Source: a virus (lineage: Duplodnaviria; Caudoviricetes). From it: a DNA stretch of 64,000 nt. Positions 44,338-54,817 of the stretch are shown here, in pieces (position 1 is the first letter of the stretch; every line of letters starts with the position of its first letter). The DNA is taken from the IMG/VR virus record IMGVR_UViG_3300025678_000005. One strand, 5' to 3'. The notes beneath the pieces are model-generated. The model made no database searches and was not told the DNA's origin. It saw only the letters and a list, made by a program, of their open reading frames with translations. The translations under genes were made by a program, and so were the position numbers.

Positions 44338-44844
44338 ATGTCAAATATATGTAAAAATGAATTTGTTGTTTCTGGAAAAAAGAAAACAATTTTAAAATTT
44401 TTATCTGACGGAATGAAAGTTGAATCTGTTTCAAAAGATTTAAATGAGTTGAAAATACTTTTTAATGGGAAAAAAGTTACCTTAGATTCCTATATTCCAA
44501 TGCCAGAAGATTTAAAAGATATATCTGATAAAAATATGTTAGAATTAATAAAAAAATATGGTTATAGTAACGAATATTTGTGGAGAATGAAGAATTATGA
44601 TACTCTGAATAGTGTTATTAATTTAAAAGAAATCGAAGATAATAAATCAACTATAACACTCTATATGGTTATTTATACTTCATGGCAACCACCAATTTCA
44701 TGGTTAAAAAAGGTACAAAAAAAATATAAATCCTTAAAATTTTATATGGAATTTGAAGAGCCTAATATGGAATTAAAAGGCTTTTGTAAAACATCTGTAA
44801 TTAATCCTGTTCAGCTAATTACTCATTATTGTAATAAGATTTAA
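44338..44844 (+). CDS. DUF1281/YubB ferredoxin-like domain protein
   Basis: MSNICKNE...PMPEDL...WRMKN...TSWQPP...EEPNM. Confidence 0.6.
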   Translation: MSNICKNEFVVSGKKKTILKFLSDGMKVESVSKDLNELKILFNGKKVTLDSYIPMPEDLKDISDKNMLELIKKYGYSNEYLWRMKNYDTLNSVINLKEIEDNKSTITLYMVIYTSWQPPISWLKKVQKKYKSLKFYMEFEEPNMELKGFCKTSVINPVQLITHYCNKI

Positions 44845-44848
44845 AAAT

Positions 44849-45079
44849 ATGGATGATAAAATAAAAGGAAATATTAGAAGGTTAAATAGGCTTATTAAAG
44901 TATTTCAAGATTGTGATTTCTATTTTGTTGGAGCTGCGAGTTTTGAAGTACGCATGCAAGCTAAATTTGATCCAAAGATTGTTAAAATAGCACTAAAGAA
45001 TAAATTTACCGTGAGTGCAAGTAAAGAGCTGGGTTTTATAGAATTAATAAGAGATAATTATACAATTACATTAATTTAA
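44849..45079 (+). CDS. Hypothetical protein (paralogue of 51156..51365)
   Basis: NIRRL...GFIELIRDNYTITL. Confidence 0.6.
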   Translation: MDDKIKGNIRRLNRLIKVFQDCDFYFVGAASFEVRMQAKFDPKIVKIALKNKFTVSASKELGFIELIRDNYTITLI

Positions 45080-45085
45080 TTAAAT

Positions 45086-45331
45086 ATGATAACTGTAACA
45101 ATAAATAACGATGAAAATTCACATGTATTAAATCTTTTCTTTAAGAGAAAAGAAGAAAATACCCTATCTTTTTCTGTATCTGCTTCCAGTGAATTAACTG
45201 AATATCTTGAAAAAATTAGAGATGGTGGAGAAATGGAAGATCAAATAGAAGATACTATAATAATGGCTATTCTAAACGCTTTAAATGAAAAATTTCTTAT
45301 TGTAGAAGCTGTATTAGGAAAAAAAGAATAA
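45086..45331 (+). CDS. Hypothetical protein
   Basis: 81-aa ORF. Confidence 0.6.
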   Translation: MITVTINNDENSHVLNLFFKRKEENTLSFSVSASSELTEYLEKIRDGGEMEDQIEDTIIMAILNALNEKFLIVEAVLGKKE

Positions 45332-45356
45332 TATTATAACAAATAAAAAAAACATT

Positions 45357-45734
45357 ATGAAAAGGTTAATATTTAGTTTTTGTATATTTTTAACAAGTAT
45401 TTGTGCTTTTAGCCAAGCGAATAATTTCGTTGCAACAAAGGCAATGGTTATAACAGAAAATAATACTTTTTCCTTACCAATTGAACTTTATATTTCTTGG
45501 GATATAGATAATAATATCTGTATAATTCGTTCCAAAGAACAACAATTAATAAAATATAAAATAGTTGAATATAAAGAAGATGATAAATTTTATATTTTCA
45601 ATTGTACTGCATTAGATAAAAATAATAAAGACATTCTTTTTGTTATAAATATGCCAAAAAAAGAAGATTATTTTTATTTTAGTGTGGCATATGATGATGT
45701 TATATATATTTATGAGTGTAAATTAATAAATTAA
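45357..45734 (+). CDS. Secreted hypothetical protein
   Basis: Bacteroidota-style signal peptide ending AFS-Q. Confidence 0.65.
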   Translation: MKRLIFSFCIFLTSICAFSQANNFVATKAMVITENNTFSLPIELYISWDIDNNICIIRSKEQQLIKYKIVEYKEDDKFYIFNCTALDKNNKDILFVINMPKKEDYFYFSVAYDDVIYIYECKLIN

Positions 45735-45737
45735 TTT

Positions 45738-46340
45738 ATGGACAGAATCTATAAACTAACAAATAATTCAATTACTTTTGATGAACATGTTTTAAAACAA
45801 GTAGAATATATAGATTCCTCTTTATCAACAAATAAAAAACTTGGTGGTTATATTGAAACAATAGAAAACTTAACAGGCAACGCTTTAATAGAAGAAAGAG
45901 TAAAAGTATATAACCAATCTTTAGTTACTGATAAGGCATATATTTCTGGAGGTTGTATTATAAGAAATAATGCATCTGTTCGTGATAGGGCGGTAATATA
46001 TGGTAATCTTATAACAATTGAAAATAGTGCTTGTGTTTGTGAAAATGCTTTAATACGAGGAAATGATATTATTATAAGTAATCATGTATATCTTGGTTAT
46101 GGTGCTTGTATAGGTAATGGTGCTAGAATTTTAAGCCCAGAGGACTGTATTGTGCTTTTAGTATCAGACTTTGGTCCAATAACAATTTATTGTACTACAG
46201 AAGATTATCATATTAGTCTTAGTTATATGGATTATTCTATAAAAAATTTTTTAAACATAAATGATGATGAAATAATCACTCCTAAAACTAAAAAAATAAT
46301 AGAAAATATAATAAGAACCCTATCAAGAGACAAAACATGA
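45738..46340 (+). CDS. Left-handed beta-helix-like repeat protein (TGA stop in ATGA overlap)
   Basis: LGGYIE followed by NAxV/I hexapeptide-like repeats. Confidence 0.65.
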   Translation: MDRIYKLTNNSITFDEHVLKQVEYIDSSLSTNKKLGGYIETIENLTGNALIEERVKVYNQSLVTDKAYISGGCIIRNNASVRDRAVIYGNLITIENSACVCENALIRGNDIIISNHVYLGYGACIGNGARILSPEDCIVLLVSDFGPITIYCTTEDYHISLSYMDYSIKNFLNINDDEIITPKTKKIIENIIRTLSRDKT

Positions 46341-46573
46341 GTACAATTTTATATGCAATTATTATTTTATTACTTCTAATCTTTTTATTCTTCTTAATGT
46401 TAAATAGCACATTTATTTGGAGCTTAATTTGTTTCATTAAATTACATATAATATATACAAGTTTAAAAAGAGAAAACAGTAAAAAATTAAAAAACTACAA
46501 AAATTTTGATGCTTTTGCAGATTATTACTTAACTTACATTTATCCAAATTTTCCAAAGAAATTAAATTTTTAA
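46337..46573 (+). CDS. Membrane protein
   Basis: Long hydrophobic N-terminus. Confidence 0.55.
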   Translation: MSTILYAIIILLLLIFLFFLMLNSTFIWSLICFIKLHIIYTSLKRENSKKLKNYKNFDAFADYYLTYIYPNFPKKLNF

Positions 46574-46583
46574 TAATACAATT

Positions 46584-46889
46584 ATGGAAAGAAGAATATT
46601 TATTACTTATTACAGGAAACCCTGTAAAGATAAAACTAAAAAGGGAGCTCCACGTGGAGTTGTAGTTGCAACAGAAAAGGGAATTATCGGATGGTCATTA
46701 TGTGGAAAACGCGATGTCTTTGATAAAAAACTGGGTTTAACAATTGCATTACAAAGAGCTGAAAAAGCAGAAAAACTTTCTAAAAAAGAAAGAGAGGAAT
46801 TTTATTCTAGAGTTCCAAATTCTTTAAAAGAAAAATTTAATTGGTTATTAGTAAAATCACATCAAATAATATGGAAAAATATGAAGTAG
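46584..46889 (+). CDS. Hypothetical protein
   Basis: GWSLCGKRDVFDKKLGLTIALQRA. Confidence 0.65.
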   Translation: MERRIFITYYRKPCKDKTKKGAPRGVVVATEKGIIGWSLCGKRDVFDKKLGLTIALQRAEKAEKLSKKEREEFYSRVPNSLKEKFNWLLVKSHQIIWKNMK

Positions 46890-47146
46890 GCTATATTCAA
46901 GAATATCCTGTTTATTTTATTAAAGAAAAAAATATGCTGTATTGTAAAGATGTAACAATACCATATGATAAAATAAGGGATGCGCTATTTAAATCTTCTT
47001 TGGACAGAGTTCATATAAAAAGTGATATAACTGTAATTAAAAACAATAGTCTAATTACTATAGGCTGTCTAAATACAACAATTGAAAATTTAACAAATAT
47101 TAATAAAAACATAAAAAAAATTAAAACATGTCAAAAGTATTATTAA
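46871..47146 (+). CDS. Hypothetical protein
   Basis: ORF from ATG 46871. Confidence 0.6.
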   Translation: MEKYEVGYIQEYPVYFIKEKNMLYCKDVTIPYDKIRDALFKSSLDRVHIKSDITVIKNNSLITIGCLNTTIENLTNINKNIKKIKTCQKYY

Positions 47147-48957
47147 AGAACAGAATCAGTAAATATGAAGAAGCTCAGAAAGCAAAGTTAGTTGAATTAG
47201 GTTTAAGTAAAAAATCTTATTCTGCAATATTAAGTTATTTGAAGGATGAGATTGAAAAATCTACTACTATTTGTACATTTAACTATGAAATATTTTGCTT
47301 TAAAAATGATGGTGTTTATCAATTAAACAAGGCAATAGAAGAAATATATGGTGTTGCAAGTGGTAAAAAAGATGCCAATCCATCTGGTGGAACTTCTAAA
47401 TTAAAAACAATAGATGTTCAATTATTTGATGGTACTAGATTAAAAGTTCCTTATGGAAAAATTTCTCTTGCAGAAGCAGGTGAAGGAGCTAATATTGATA
47501 TTAGTTATGATACAGAAAGAAACATGCTTATGTTAACTGGATCATGTGAATATAGATTTGCTCCGATGATTGACGATATTGTAGAAAGAACAAAAGAATT
47601 ATTAAATACTAATTCAATCTATAGAAATCAAGCGTTAGAAATAACTACATTGGATGAAGAACCAAAAGTAATTGATCTCTCTAATATTGATAAAGAATTT
47701 CTTATTCTTTCTGATGATGTAAAATATTCTTTAACTCCATTAGATGCAAGAATTCAACGTACTGATATTTGTAGAAAAAAGGGCATTTCTTTAAAATATG
47801 GAGCCCTTTTAGAAGGAGCATATGGTTGGTTCATTTAATTAAATTTAATTATTGTAAATATCAGAGTATATTTCAAATAATTTTGTTATCTTTGTACGTG
47901 ATATTAAATTAAATGAACTTGCCTCTATATAAAGTAATTTATATAGGAAATCATGTGAATTGCTGGAACTTCCTTAGAGTCTTATAAACTACAACATAAC
48001 TAGCAATAGTAAGTGTGAATGTTTAAAAATTATAAGAATTGGAAAATCAGCAGCCAAGTATCCTGATAAAGGATAAAGGTTCAACGACTATGGGTGAAAC
48101 TCTCAGTACAATCAAGTGATTGGAAGTGCATGACATCTAAGTAATTAGATGAAGATATAGTCTGGACTGTATAGAAATATACAGAAGTTTATAGAAAAAC
48201 TGCATAAGATTAACGACCTTATGTGAACAATACGACAGGAAAAACTCTTCTTGCATTTAAAAAGGCAAAAGAAGCTATTGAGAATGGTTGGATATTTATT
48301 TATTTAAAAGATCCAACTTTATTGTCTAAGGTTCTTCGTTTGGCTAAAGTAATTGATAAAAATGGTAAAGGTGTTCTTATCTTTGTTGAAGATATTGATC
48401 AAGTAACAAGAGGTTCAAGAAATGCCGCTTTACAAGACATTTTAAATACTCTTGATGGAGGAGATACTAAAGATATGAATGTAATTACTATTTTTACAAC
48501 TAATCATCTTGAATTAATTGAGCCTACTTTTTTAAGAGGTAAACGTATAGGATCAATTATATCTTTAGGTTTTCTAAATAAAAAGACAGCAAAAGAATTT
48601 ATGGAAACTGCTTTCTTAAAAGATAATTATGTTATAGAATACGAAGGATTGGATCCAGTGTTGGATTTAATTGCAGAAAGTGATATTGCACCTGCTTTTA
48701 TGGCTGAAATAGTTGAAACTATAAAATCAAATTTAATTTTAACTGATGAAAATGTTGTAAAACCAGAATATATCAGAAGCAGTGTATTATCTTATCTAAG
48801 ACAAGTACAATTATCAAGAAAGAAAGATACCACAGAAACAGTAGAAAATAAATTCTATAATGCATATTTGAACTTAATAGAGCAAGGAGCACATAAAGCA
48901 GTTAAAGAACCTTTCGATGAAGTTCTTAATGCAATTGATGATATTGATAATAATTAA
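47128..48957 (+). CDS. AAA+ ATPase (spliced ~473 aa; exons 47128-47826 and 48235-48957)
   Basis: Splicing restores Walker A GALLEGAYG|TGKT; Walker B IFVEDID; SRH TTNHLELIEPTFLRGKR. Confidence 0.88.
47827..48234 (+). mobile_element. Group I self-splicing intron (408 nt, no homing endonuclease)
   Basis: 5' exon ends in U and intron ends in G. P AATTGCTGGAA (47958), Q AATCAGCAG (48045), R GTTCAACGACTA (48079), S AAGATATAGTCT (48152); P3 TCATGT/GCATGA; P7 GACTA/TAGTC. Confidence 0.92.
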
Positions 48958-48965
48958 TAACAAAT

Positions 48966-49000
48966 AGGTTGTAGTAATGCAAATTACTACAACCTTTATT
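48966..49000 (+). terminator. Hairpin terminator
   Basis: AGGTTGTAGTAAT-GCAA-ATTACTACAACCT-TTATT. Confidence 0.65.
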
Positions 49001-49007
49001 CTAAAAA

Positions 49008-49691
49008 ATGATGAAAACAAAAATATTAGCAACTAGTGATTTACATGGATTTTTACCACAAATTAAACAAAGAGCACACATTCTCCTTATAGCTGGAGAT
49101 ATAAGTCCATTATATATACAAGAAGATAGATTAAAGATGAAGAATTGGTTGTCTGATACATTTATTCCATGGACAAAAACAGTTCCTGTAGATAAAATAG
49201 TTTTAATTGCTGGAAATCATGATTTTTTCTTCATGGATACACCAAAACATGAGATATTAACTTTATTTAAACCTATTAATAAAATCATGTATTTGGATAA
49301 TGAAGCTGCTCCATGTTATGTAAATAATACCAAATTAATGATTTATGGAACACCCTATTGTCATAAATATGGATTATGGGCATTTATGGAATCTGATGAT
49401 AAGTTAAAAGAGTTATATAATAATATACCGAAAAATGTAGATATAATAATTTCTCATGATGCTCCACATTCATTTGGAGATACCGATGTTCTTTTAGAAT
49501 ATGGTCAAACTGATCATTTAGGAAATAAACCTTTAGCAGATAAATTGTTACAAACAGACTATAAATTAGCTGTTTGTGGCCATATACATTCTGGTGATCA
49601 TTCTTTTAATGAAACTTTTAAAATAGCAAATGTTTCATACTTAAATGAATATTATAAACCAGCATATCCAATTTTTAACTTTGATTTATAA
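49008..49691 (+). CDS. Calcineurin-like metallophosphoesterase
   Basis: SDLHG, AGD, AGNHD, SHDAP, CGHIH. Confidence 0.88.
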   Translation: MMKTKILATSDLHGFLPQIKQRAHILLIAGDISPLYIQEDRLKMKNWLSDTFIPWTKTVPVDKIVLIAGNHDFFFMDTPKHEILTLFKPINKIMYLDNEAAPCYVNNTKLMIYGTPYCHKYGLWAFMESDDKLKELYNNIPKNVDIIISHDAPHSFGDTDVLLEYGQTDHLGNKPLADKLLQTDYKLAVCGHIHSGDHSFNETFKIANVSYLNEYYKPAYPIFNFDL

Positions 49692-49714
49692 ACAAACAAT
49701 TAATAAAAAAGATT

Positions 49715-50071
49715 GTGGCAACTTTAACTAATAGACAAATTAATGCTTTAGTAGATAAAATTATATATTCTATTGAAAATCCTATAATACAGCATAATAA
49801 AAAAATTAAAGACAGTGAATCATATAAAAATTTCATACATAAAAATGGAGATTGTAAAAAAATTATAGAAATTGGTAAAAAATGGGGATTAGAAGAAGAT
49901 TCTTGGTTAATACAGGATTTTTGTGAACACATTAGAGATGTAGCATTTAAACAACATTTTATCCCAATTCCACCTTTACATAGAAAGATGATTGAAAATG
50001 ATATAATTATAGAAACAATGGATGGTATTTATTGGAGCATTTACAAACTACACGGAAGCTCTTGCATATAA
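49715..50071 (+). CDS. Hypothetical protein (3' end possibly fused/deleted)
   Basis: GTG start; overlaps the next frame. Confidence 0.5.
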   Translation: MATLTNRQINALVDKIIYSIENPIIQHNKKIKDSESYKNFIHKNGDCKKIIEIGKKWGLEEDSWLIQDFCEHIRDVAFKQHFIPIPPLHRKMIENDIIIETMDGIYWSIYKLHGSSCI

Positions 50072-50258
50072 GGATTTGATAAAAATTAATATTAACCAAA
50101 TTCTTAATGAAACTGAATATATAGATACTTTAGATATTATATCTATTAGCGATGAAGAATATTTAAAATATTTAGAAGATAATAGAAAAAGAGAAGATGC
50201 TTTGGATTATGTAGACACTTATATAAACGAATATGTACTAAATAAGTTATACTTTTAA
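50022..50258 (+). CDS. Hypothetical protein (possibly 5'-truncated)
   Basis: 78-aa ORF. Confidence 0.45.
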   Translation: MVFIGAFTNYTEALAYKDLIKININQILNETEYIDTLDIISISDEEYLKYLEDNRKREDALDYVDTYINEYVLNKLYF

Positions 50259-50260
50259 TT

Positions 50261-50589
50261 ATGAAAAAATATAACTTACTTTAAAAGATTTAAATCATCA
50301 AATCCTTATAGTATCTGATAATAATGAATTTAAGGATATTTGGGATGAAGTAAATGGATTATACTCTACATCTGATACTAATATCTCTGAATTTGAAAAG
50401 GGAAAAGTAATTCCAAAAGGATTTCTTAATAAATATAATTTTAAGAAATTTTATCCTAAAGATTCATGGTTTCGATATTATATATTAGAAATAAAGAAAT
50501 TAGGATTATCTTCTTTACGAGGTAGAGTAACAAAACAAACAAGTAATGAAATTGATTTACAGTTAAAAGAGTTACGAAATGAATATTAA
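50261..50589 (+). pseudogene. Frameshifted hypothetical gene
   Basis: ATG AAA AAA TAT AA is out of frame by 1 nt with a ~100-codon open frame (LTLKDLNHQ...LRNEY). Confidence 0.55.
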
Positions 50590-50607
50590 TTTTTTATATT
50601 AAGAAAT

Positions 50608-51159
50608 ATAAAAAAATATAGATTAATAAATCCATATGGAGTATTTGTAGGTACTTTTATTACTAAATTAGAGGCTGCAATTGAGGTGGATAAATTAATA
50701 AAATCTATGCAAGATTCTTATAAAGAAACAAAAGAAGATATATGTACTCCATTTGATTTTACAGTAAAAGAAATTAAATTGGATATTCCATACATAATTT
50801 GTTCTTATGAAGAAGCAACAAAATATTTAGATAAGGATCTTATTATAGACTAGTCAGAGCCTTATAATGCTCCTATCAATGAGATAAAGGTTACAGCTTA
50901 TAATAAATTACTTACTATTGCAGAAGCATGGAATAAAGCTGATAAATTTAATCCTGATTATTATAATTATCAAGATAAATTTTATCCAGTTTTTAAATAT
51001 AATTTTGATGTAAAACAATATATATTATACAAGGCAGAATGTGAAATATTTCCATATGGATTACACTTTTGTTTTTAAACGGAAAAAAGATCATTACAAT
51101 TTGGACTTCAATTTCTAAAATATTGGAATGAATTTTTATTACAAAATAAAATAATATGA
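50608..51159 (+). pseudogene. Degraded phage gene
   Basis: Single frame with ATA start, TAG at 50851 and TAA at 51076; reads KLLTIAEAWNK...FCF*TEKRSLQFG. Confidence 0.65.
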
Positions 51160-51365
51160 ATGACAATTTAAGAAGATTAAGATTATTAAGTAGAAAATAT
51201 GATTTATCTATTTTTTATGTTATAAATATATTTAGAGGTAATATATATTTTCAAGTTGACCATTCTCTAGAGTTAGCTTCACAACTTAAGAAATTTAAAT
51301 GTGAATGTAAAGTACAGGATAGTGGTTATATTGAATACATTAAGGGAATATATCAAGTTACTTAA
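51156..51365 (+). CDS. Hypothetical protein (paralogue of 44849..45079)
   Basis: NLRRL...GYIEYIKGIYQVT. Confidence 0.55.
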   Translation: MNDNLRRLRLLSRKYDLSIFYVINIFRGNIYFQVDHSLELASQLKKFKCECKVQDSGYIEYIKGIYQVT

Positions 51366-51382
51366 ACATAAGTTATATCTAG

Positions 51383-51703
51383 ATGAAAGCATATAAATTA
51401 GTTAGAAAAATGAAAGACGGTTCTTTATCTCCGTTATTTATTAATAAAAGATATAGATTTAAAATTGGAGATTGGATAGAAGCAGAATATTTTCCAACTA
51501 AAGGGTTTGCCTGTAGAAAAGGATTTCATTGTACTTTTAAACCTGTAGCTCCACATTTATCAAAAAATAATAGAGTCTGGGTAGAAGTAGAGATACAAGA
51601 TTATGAAACTTATAAAAGACCAGAAAATCAAGGTGGTTTATGGTGCTTAGCACAAAAAATGAAAATAATAAGAGAATTAGAAATTAATAACAACATAAAT
51701 TAA
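51383..51703 (+). CDS. Phage hypothetical protein
   Basis: AYKL...PLFIN...GFACRKGFHC...QGGLW. Confidence 0.7.
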   Translation: MKAYKLVRKMKDGSLSPLFINKRYRFKIGDWIEAEYFPTKGFACRKGFHCTFKPVAPHLSKNNRVWVEVEIQDYETYKRPENQGGLWCLAQKMKIIRELEINNNIN

Positions 51704-51731
51704 TTATTTGTATAATATATTAAAATTTAAT

Positions 51732-52286
51732 ATGATAAGAACAATTGTTGAGGAAAGTCAAAGAAATATAGCTATAATGGATGTTTTCTCAAAATTAATA
51801 CAGGAAAGAATTATTTTTATAGATTCAACTATCGATTCTGAATTAGCTAATGGAGTAATTGCTCAAATGTTATATTTAGATTCATTAAGTCATGAAGAAC
51901 CTATCAGTGTTTATATAAATTCTGATGGCGGGTCTGTATATGATGGATTGGCTATTTACGATACTTCTGAAATTATTAAATGTCCAATAAAAACATTTTG
52001 TGTTGGATTAGCAGCTTCTATGGGTGCTATATTAATGTTGATGGGAAAAGAACGTTATGCAACAAAGAGGTCTCGTTTAATGTTACATCAAGTATCAGGA
52101 GGTGTGATAGGAACTGCAGAGGAAATTCGTATTACAAATGAGGAAACTCAAAAAGTAGAAAAAACTTTATATGATATTATAGAATCAAAAACTAAATTAA
52201 CAAAAGTTAATAAATTATTAAAAAATGATACATGGTTTTCGGCAGAAGAAGCTTTAAAGGTTGGGTTAATAACAGATATTCTATAA
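51732..52286 (+). CDS. clpP: ATP-dependent Clp protease proteolytic subunit
   Basis: DVFSKLIQERIIF, YINSDGGSV, GLAASMGA (Ser), MLHQ (His), DTWFSAEEA. Confidence 0.92.
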   Translation: MIRTIVEESQRNIAIMDVFSKLIQERIIFIDSTIDSELANGVIAQMLYLDSLSHEEPISVYINSDGGSVYDGLAIYDTSEIIKCPIKTFCVGLAASMGAILMLMGKERYATKRSRLMLHQVSGGVIGTAEEIRITNEETQKVEKTLYDIIESKTKLTKVNKLLKNDTWFSAEEALKVGLITDIL

Positions 52287-52708
52287 CAAAACTAGAAAAA
52301 AATATTATTGCTTTACAAAAAGAAATTTTCGAGAAAATTCGTTATATAAATTCTGGTGGATGCATACATTTTGCTTATTATATGGCAAAAAAACTAGAGA
52401 AGTTGAACATTCCTTATAATATAATATTTATAGATATGACATCTATAGTGACGAATCTAGACTGCTTTAAAGCTGTAGATCATGTTGTTGTATATGTAAA
52501 AGGAATTGGTTTTTTCGATGGAACAGTTTTATGGAAAAATAAATCAGAATTTATTGCACGATATGACGGTTATTATATTACAACAGTATCAAATATTAGA
52601 TCAGATGATTTAAAGGTTTTAACTGACTATAATTTTGGTTGGAATAAATTGTATAAGATAGAAAATAATATTTTATTAGAACAGTTAATAGATAAGCATT
52701 TAAAATAA
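52232..52708 (+). CDS. Hypothetical protein (INSGGC...H motif)
   Basis: ORF; start uncertain. Confidence 0.6.
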   Translation: MVFGRRSFKGWVNNRYSITKLEKNIIALQKEIFEKIRYINSGGCIHFAYYMAKKLEKLNIPYNIIFIDMTSIVTNLDCFKAVDHVVVYVKGIGFFDGTVLWKNKSEFIARYDGYYITTVSNIRSDDLKVLTDYNFGWNKLYKIENNILLEQLIDKHLK

Positions 52709-52725
52709 ATTTAAATTATTATAAG

Positions 52726-53226
52726 ATGAATAGAAAACTTGAATTAGTTTCCGAAACGATTGGAGAATTATTAGTAAAACAACTAGCACATGAATTAAAA
52801 AATTATAATTTGTATATGAGTTTTGCTAATTATTTTGGAGTTGAAGGAATAGATGATTTAAAAATTTATTATGAAAAAAGAGCCAATGAAGAATTAAATC
52901 ATCATAAATGGATTTATGATTATTTAACAGAGGCAGATTATAAATTTATATATCCTGTAGTTATACAGAATGACGCACAAATAGAAGATTATATAACTCC
53001 ATTCAAAGCTACTATAGATAGAGAAATTCAAACAACACAGCTTATTTATACTATTTATAAAGCTGCACAAACTGAAGGAGATATAATGACTGTAGTATGG
53101 CTTGAAAACTTATTAATAAGAGAGCAAATTGAAGAAGAAAATATAAGTAGACAAGCCCTAACAATCATAGAAGAAGAATCAGATATATATGAAAGAGCAG
53201 AACAAATTTTAAATTTATTAGAATAA
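52726..53226 (+). CDS. Ferritin-like protein
   Basis: QLAHE...Y...ANEELNH...RE...EQIEEE ferroxidase pattern. Confidence 0.85.
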   Translation: MNRKLELVSETIGELLVKQLAHELKNYNLYMSFANYFGVEGIDDLKIYYEKRANEELNHHKWIYDYLTEADYKFIYPVVIQNDAQIEDYITPFKATIDREIQTTQLIYTIYKAAQTEGDIMTVVWLENLLIREQIEEENISRQALTIIEEESDIYERAEQILNLLE

Positions 53227-53411
53227 TGTATGCAATATTTAATAAAAACGGTGATCTATTAGATGTAACTGATTTTGAATCTCAGGATGAAATTGATGAA
53301 TATTTGCAAAAAAATCCAGAACATATAATTAGATCAGATGAAGATCTGCTATTCTTAAAAAACAATTCATACTTTGAAGATGGTGATTTGTTTTATGATG
53401 ATGATCTTTAA
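53226..53411 (+). CDS. Acidic hypothetical protein
   Basis: 61-aa coupled ORF. Confidence 0.6.
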   Translation: MYAIFNKNGDLLDVTDFESQDEIDEYLQKNPEHIIRSDEDLLFLKNNSYFEDGDLFYDDDL

Positions 53412-53416
53412 ACCTA

Positions 53417-53713
53417 ATGACTGAAAGTATTAAGGAAGTAAAATTAATAGCAAAAAGAGATGATACTTACACTGTCTATGTTTTTCAAGATATATACACA
53501 AAAGAATATATTATGTGTACAAGGTTGCCTGATTGGCAGACTCCTGAAGTTGACATAGGCAGTGTTGGGTATCTAAAATATGTAGATGTGATGGCTGGAG
53601 AACAATATGTTACATCATCATTAGAAACCTTTTATTATAGGTTTACTAATTGTTATTTCATAGATTTTTTGCATAAAATAGATAATGATGAACATGTAAA
53701 AATAATAATATAG
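53417..53713 (+). CDS. Hypothetical protein
   Basis: 98-aa ORF. Confidence 0.65.
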   Translation: MTESIKEVKLIAKRDDTYTVYVFQDIYTKEYIMCTRLPDWQTPEVDIGSVGYLKYVDVMAGEQYVTSSLETFYYRFTNCYFIDFLHKIDNDEHVKIII

Positions 53714-53718
53714 GTAAG

Positions 53719-54528
53719 ATGGATAAAAAAGAACAACTTACTGCGTATATTTGGAAAGGCGCCAAATTAGTTGATGCAGATGGTAATATTGTACAAGAAT
53801 CTAAAAAATTAATAGATATGTCAGAAGATGAACTAAATATTTGTTATAGTCATTGCAAAACAATGCTATTCAATCAGGATCCACAAAATCCTGGAAGATA
53901 TTTAGTTTTAAAAATGATTGCAGAACAAAAAGATAAACTTGGTACAGAATTATTTTTAAGATATATAGAACAAAATTATAATTTTACCAGATTTACTTTA
54001 TTAACTTCAATAAATGAATTTTTAAACAATAATAAAGAACTTGCAAAAAGTTGTAAACTAACTATTGCAGAAGCAATTCCAAGTGCACCAACAGAATATC
54101 TAAAAATTCCTCTTTCTCTGATTATTGATGGTTGTTTAGATAGACTTGGTACTTTTGATAAGAGTAAAATAACACGTACTTTTATTTTAAAACAGGGTAT
54201 TTGGCTTACACCAACTGAAGCAAAAGAAATTTTTACTGATATTGATCCAAGTGTAAATAAGTTAGATGTATTAAGAGAAAGGTTAAATTTAAAAGAACAT
54301 GAAAGATTGTATCTAAATTCTAAAGGTTTAAATTACACACAAATGCGTGCAATGTTAACGTTAAGACCAAATAAGAAATATTCTGATTTAACTACTGTTC
54401 AATTAGAAACTTTAAGATACAGACTTTTATTTAATTTAGAGGAAGAAATTCAACAACATATAAATTCATGGGAGGAAAGAATGAAACAAATAGAAGAGAT
54501 TGCAGAATATAAAAACATTAAATTATAA
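53719..54528 (+). CDS. Hypothetical protein
   Basis: 269-aa ORF. Confidence 0.75.
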   Translation: MDKKEQLTAYIWKGAKLVDADGNIVQESKKLIDMSEDELNICYSHCKTMLFNQDPQNPGRYLVLKMIAEQKDKLGTELFLRYIEQNYNFTRFTLLTSINEFLNNNKELAKSCKLTIAEAIPSAPTEYLKIPLSLIIDGCLDRLGTFDKSKITRTFILKQGIWLTPTEAKEIFTDIDPSVNKLDVLRERLNLKEHERLYLNSKGLNYTQMRAMLTLRPNKKYSDLTTVQLETLRYRLLFNLEEEIQQHINSWEERMKQIEEIAEYKNIKL

Positions 54529-54532
54529 GAAA

Positions 54533-54817
54533 ATGAAATTTTTTGTGGATTATAAATGTACAGTTTGGCAAAGAGTTTTTTATGAGGCAGATGTAAATAG
54601 TAAAGAAGAATTAATTAAAAAATATGGTGAAAACATTATAAATACATTTAAAGATGGTGAGCCTACATCTGATTGTGAATTAATTGATTCTACAATATTA
54701 TTTGATACTGTAATGCCTATACTTCCAGAAGATAATCAGGGAAATCCAACTGTTGAGATATATGATATGGAAGGTAATTTACTTATGGATAATGTCAATA
54801 ATACATCTTATAAATAA
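54533..54817 (+). CDS. Hypothetical protein
   Basis: ORF from ATG 54533. Confidence 0.6.
   Translation: MKFFVDYKCTVWQRVFYEADVNSKEELIKKYGENIINTFKDGEPTSDCELIDSTILFDTVMPILPEDNQGNPTVEIYDMEGNLLMDNVNNTSYK

Noticed and set aside
37610-50853. TAG reassignment as a second recoding
   Set aside because: The in-frame TAGs occur in genes that also have TAA stops or frameshifts, and TAG ends intact genes (21393, 29422, 63538).
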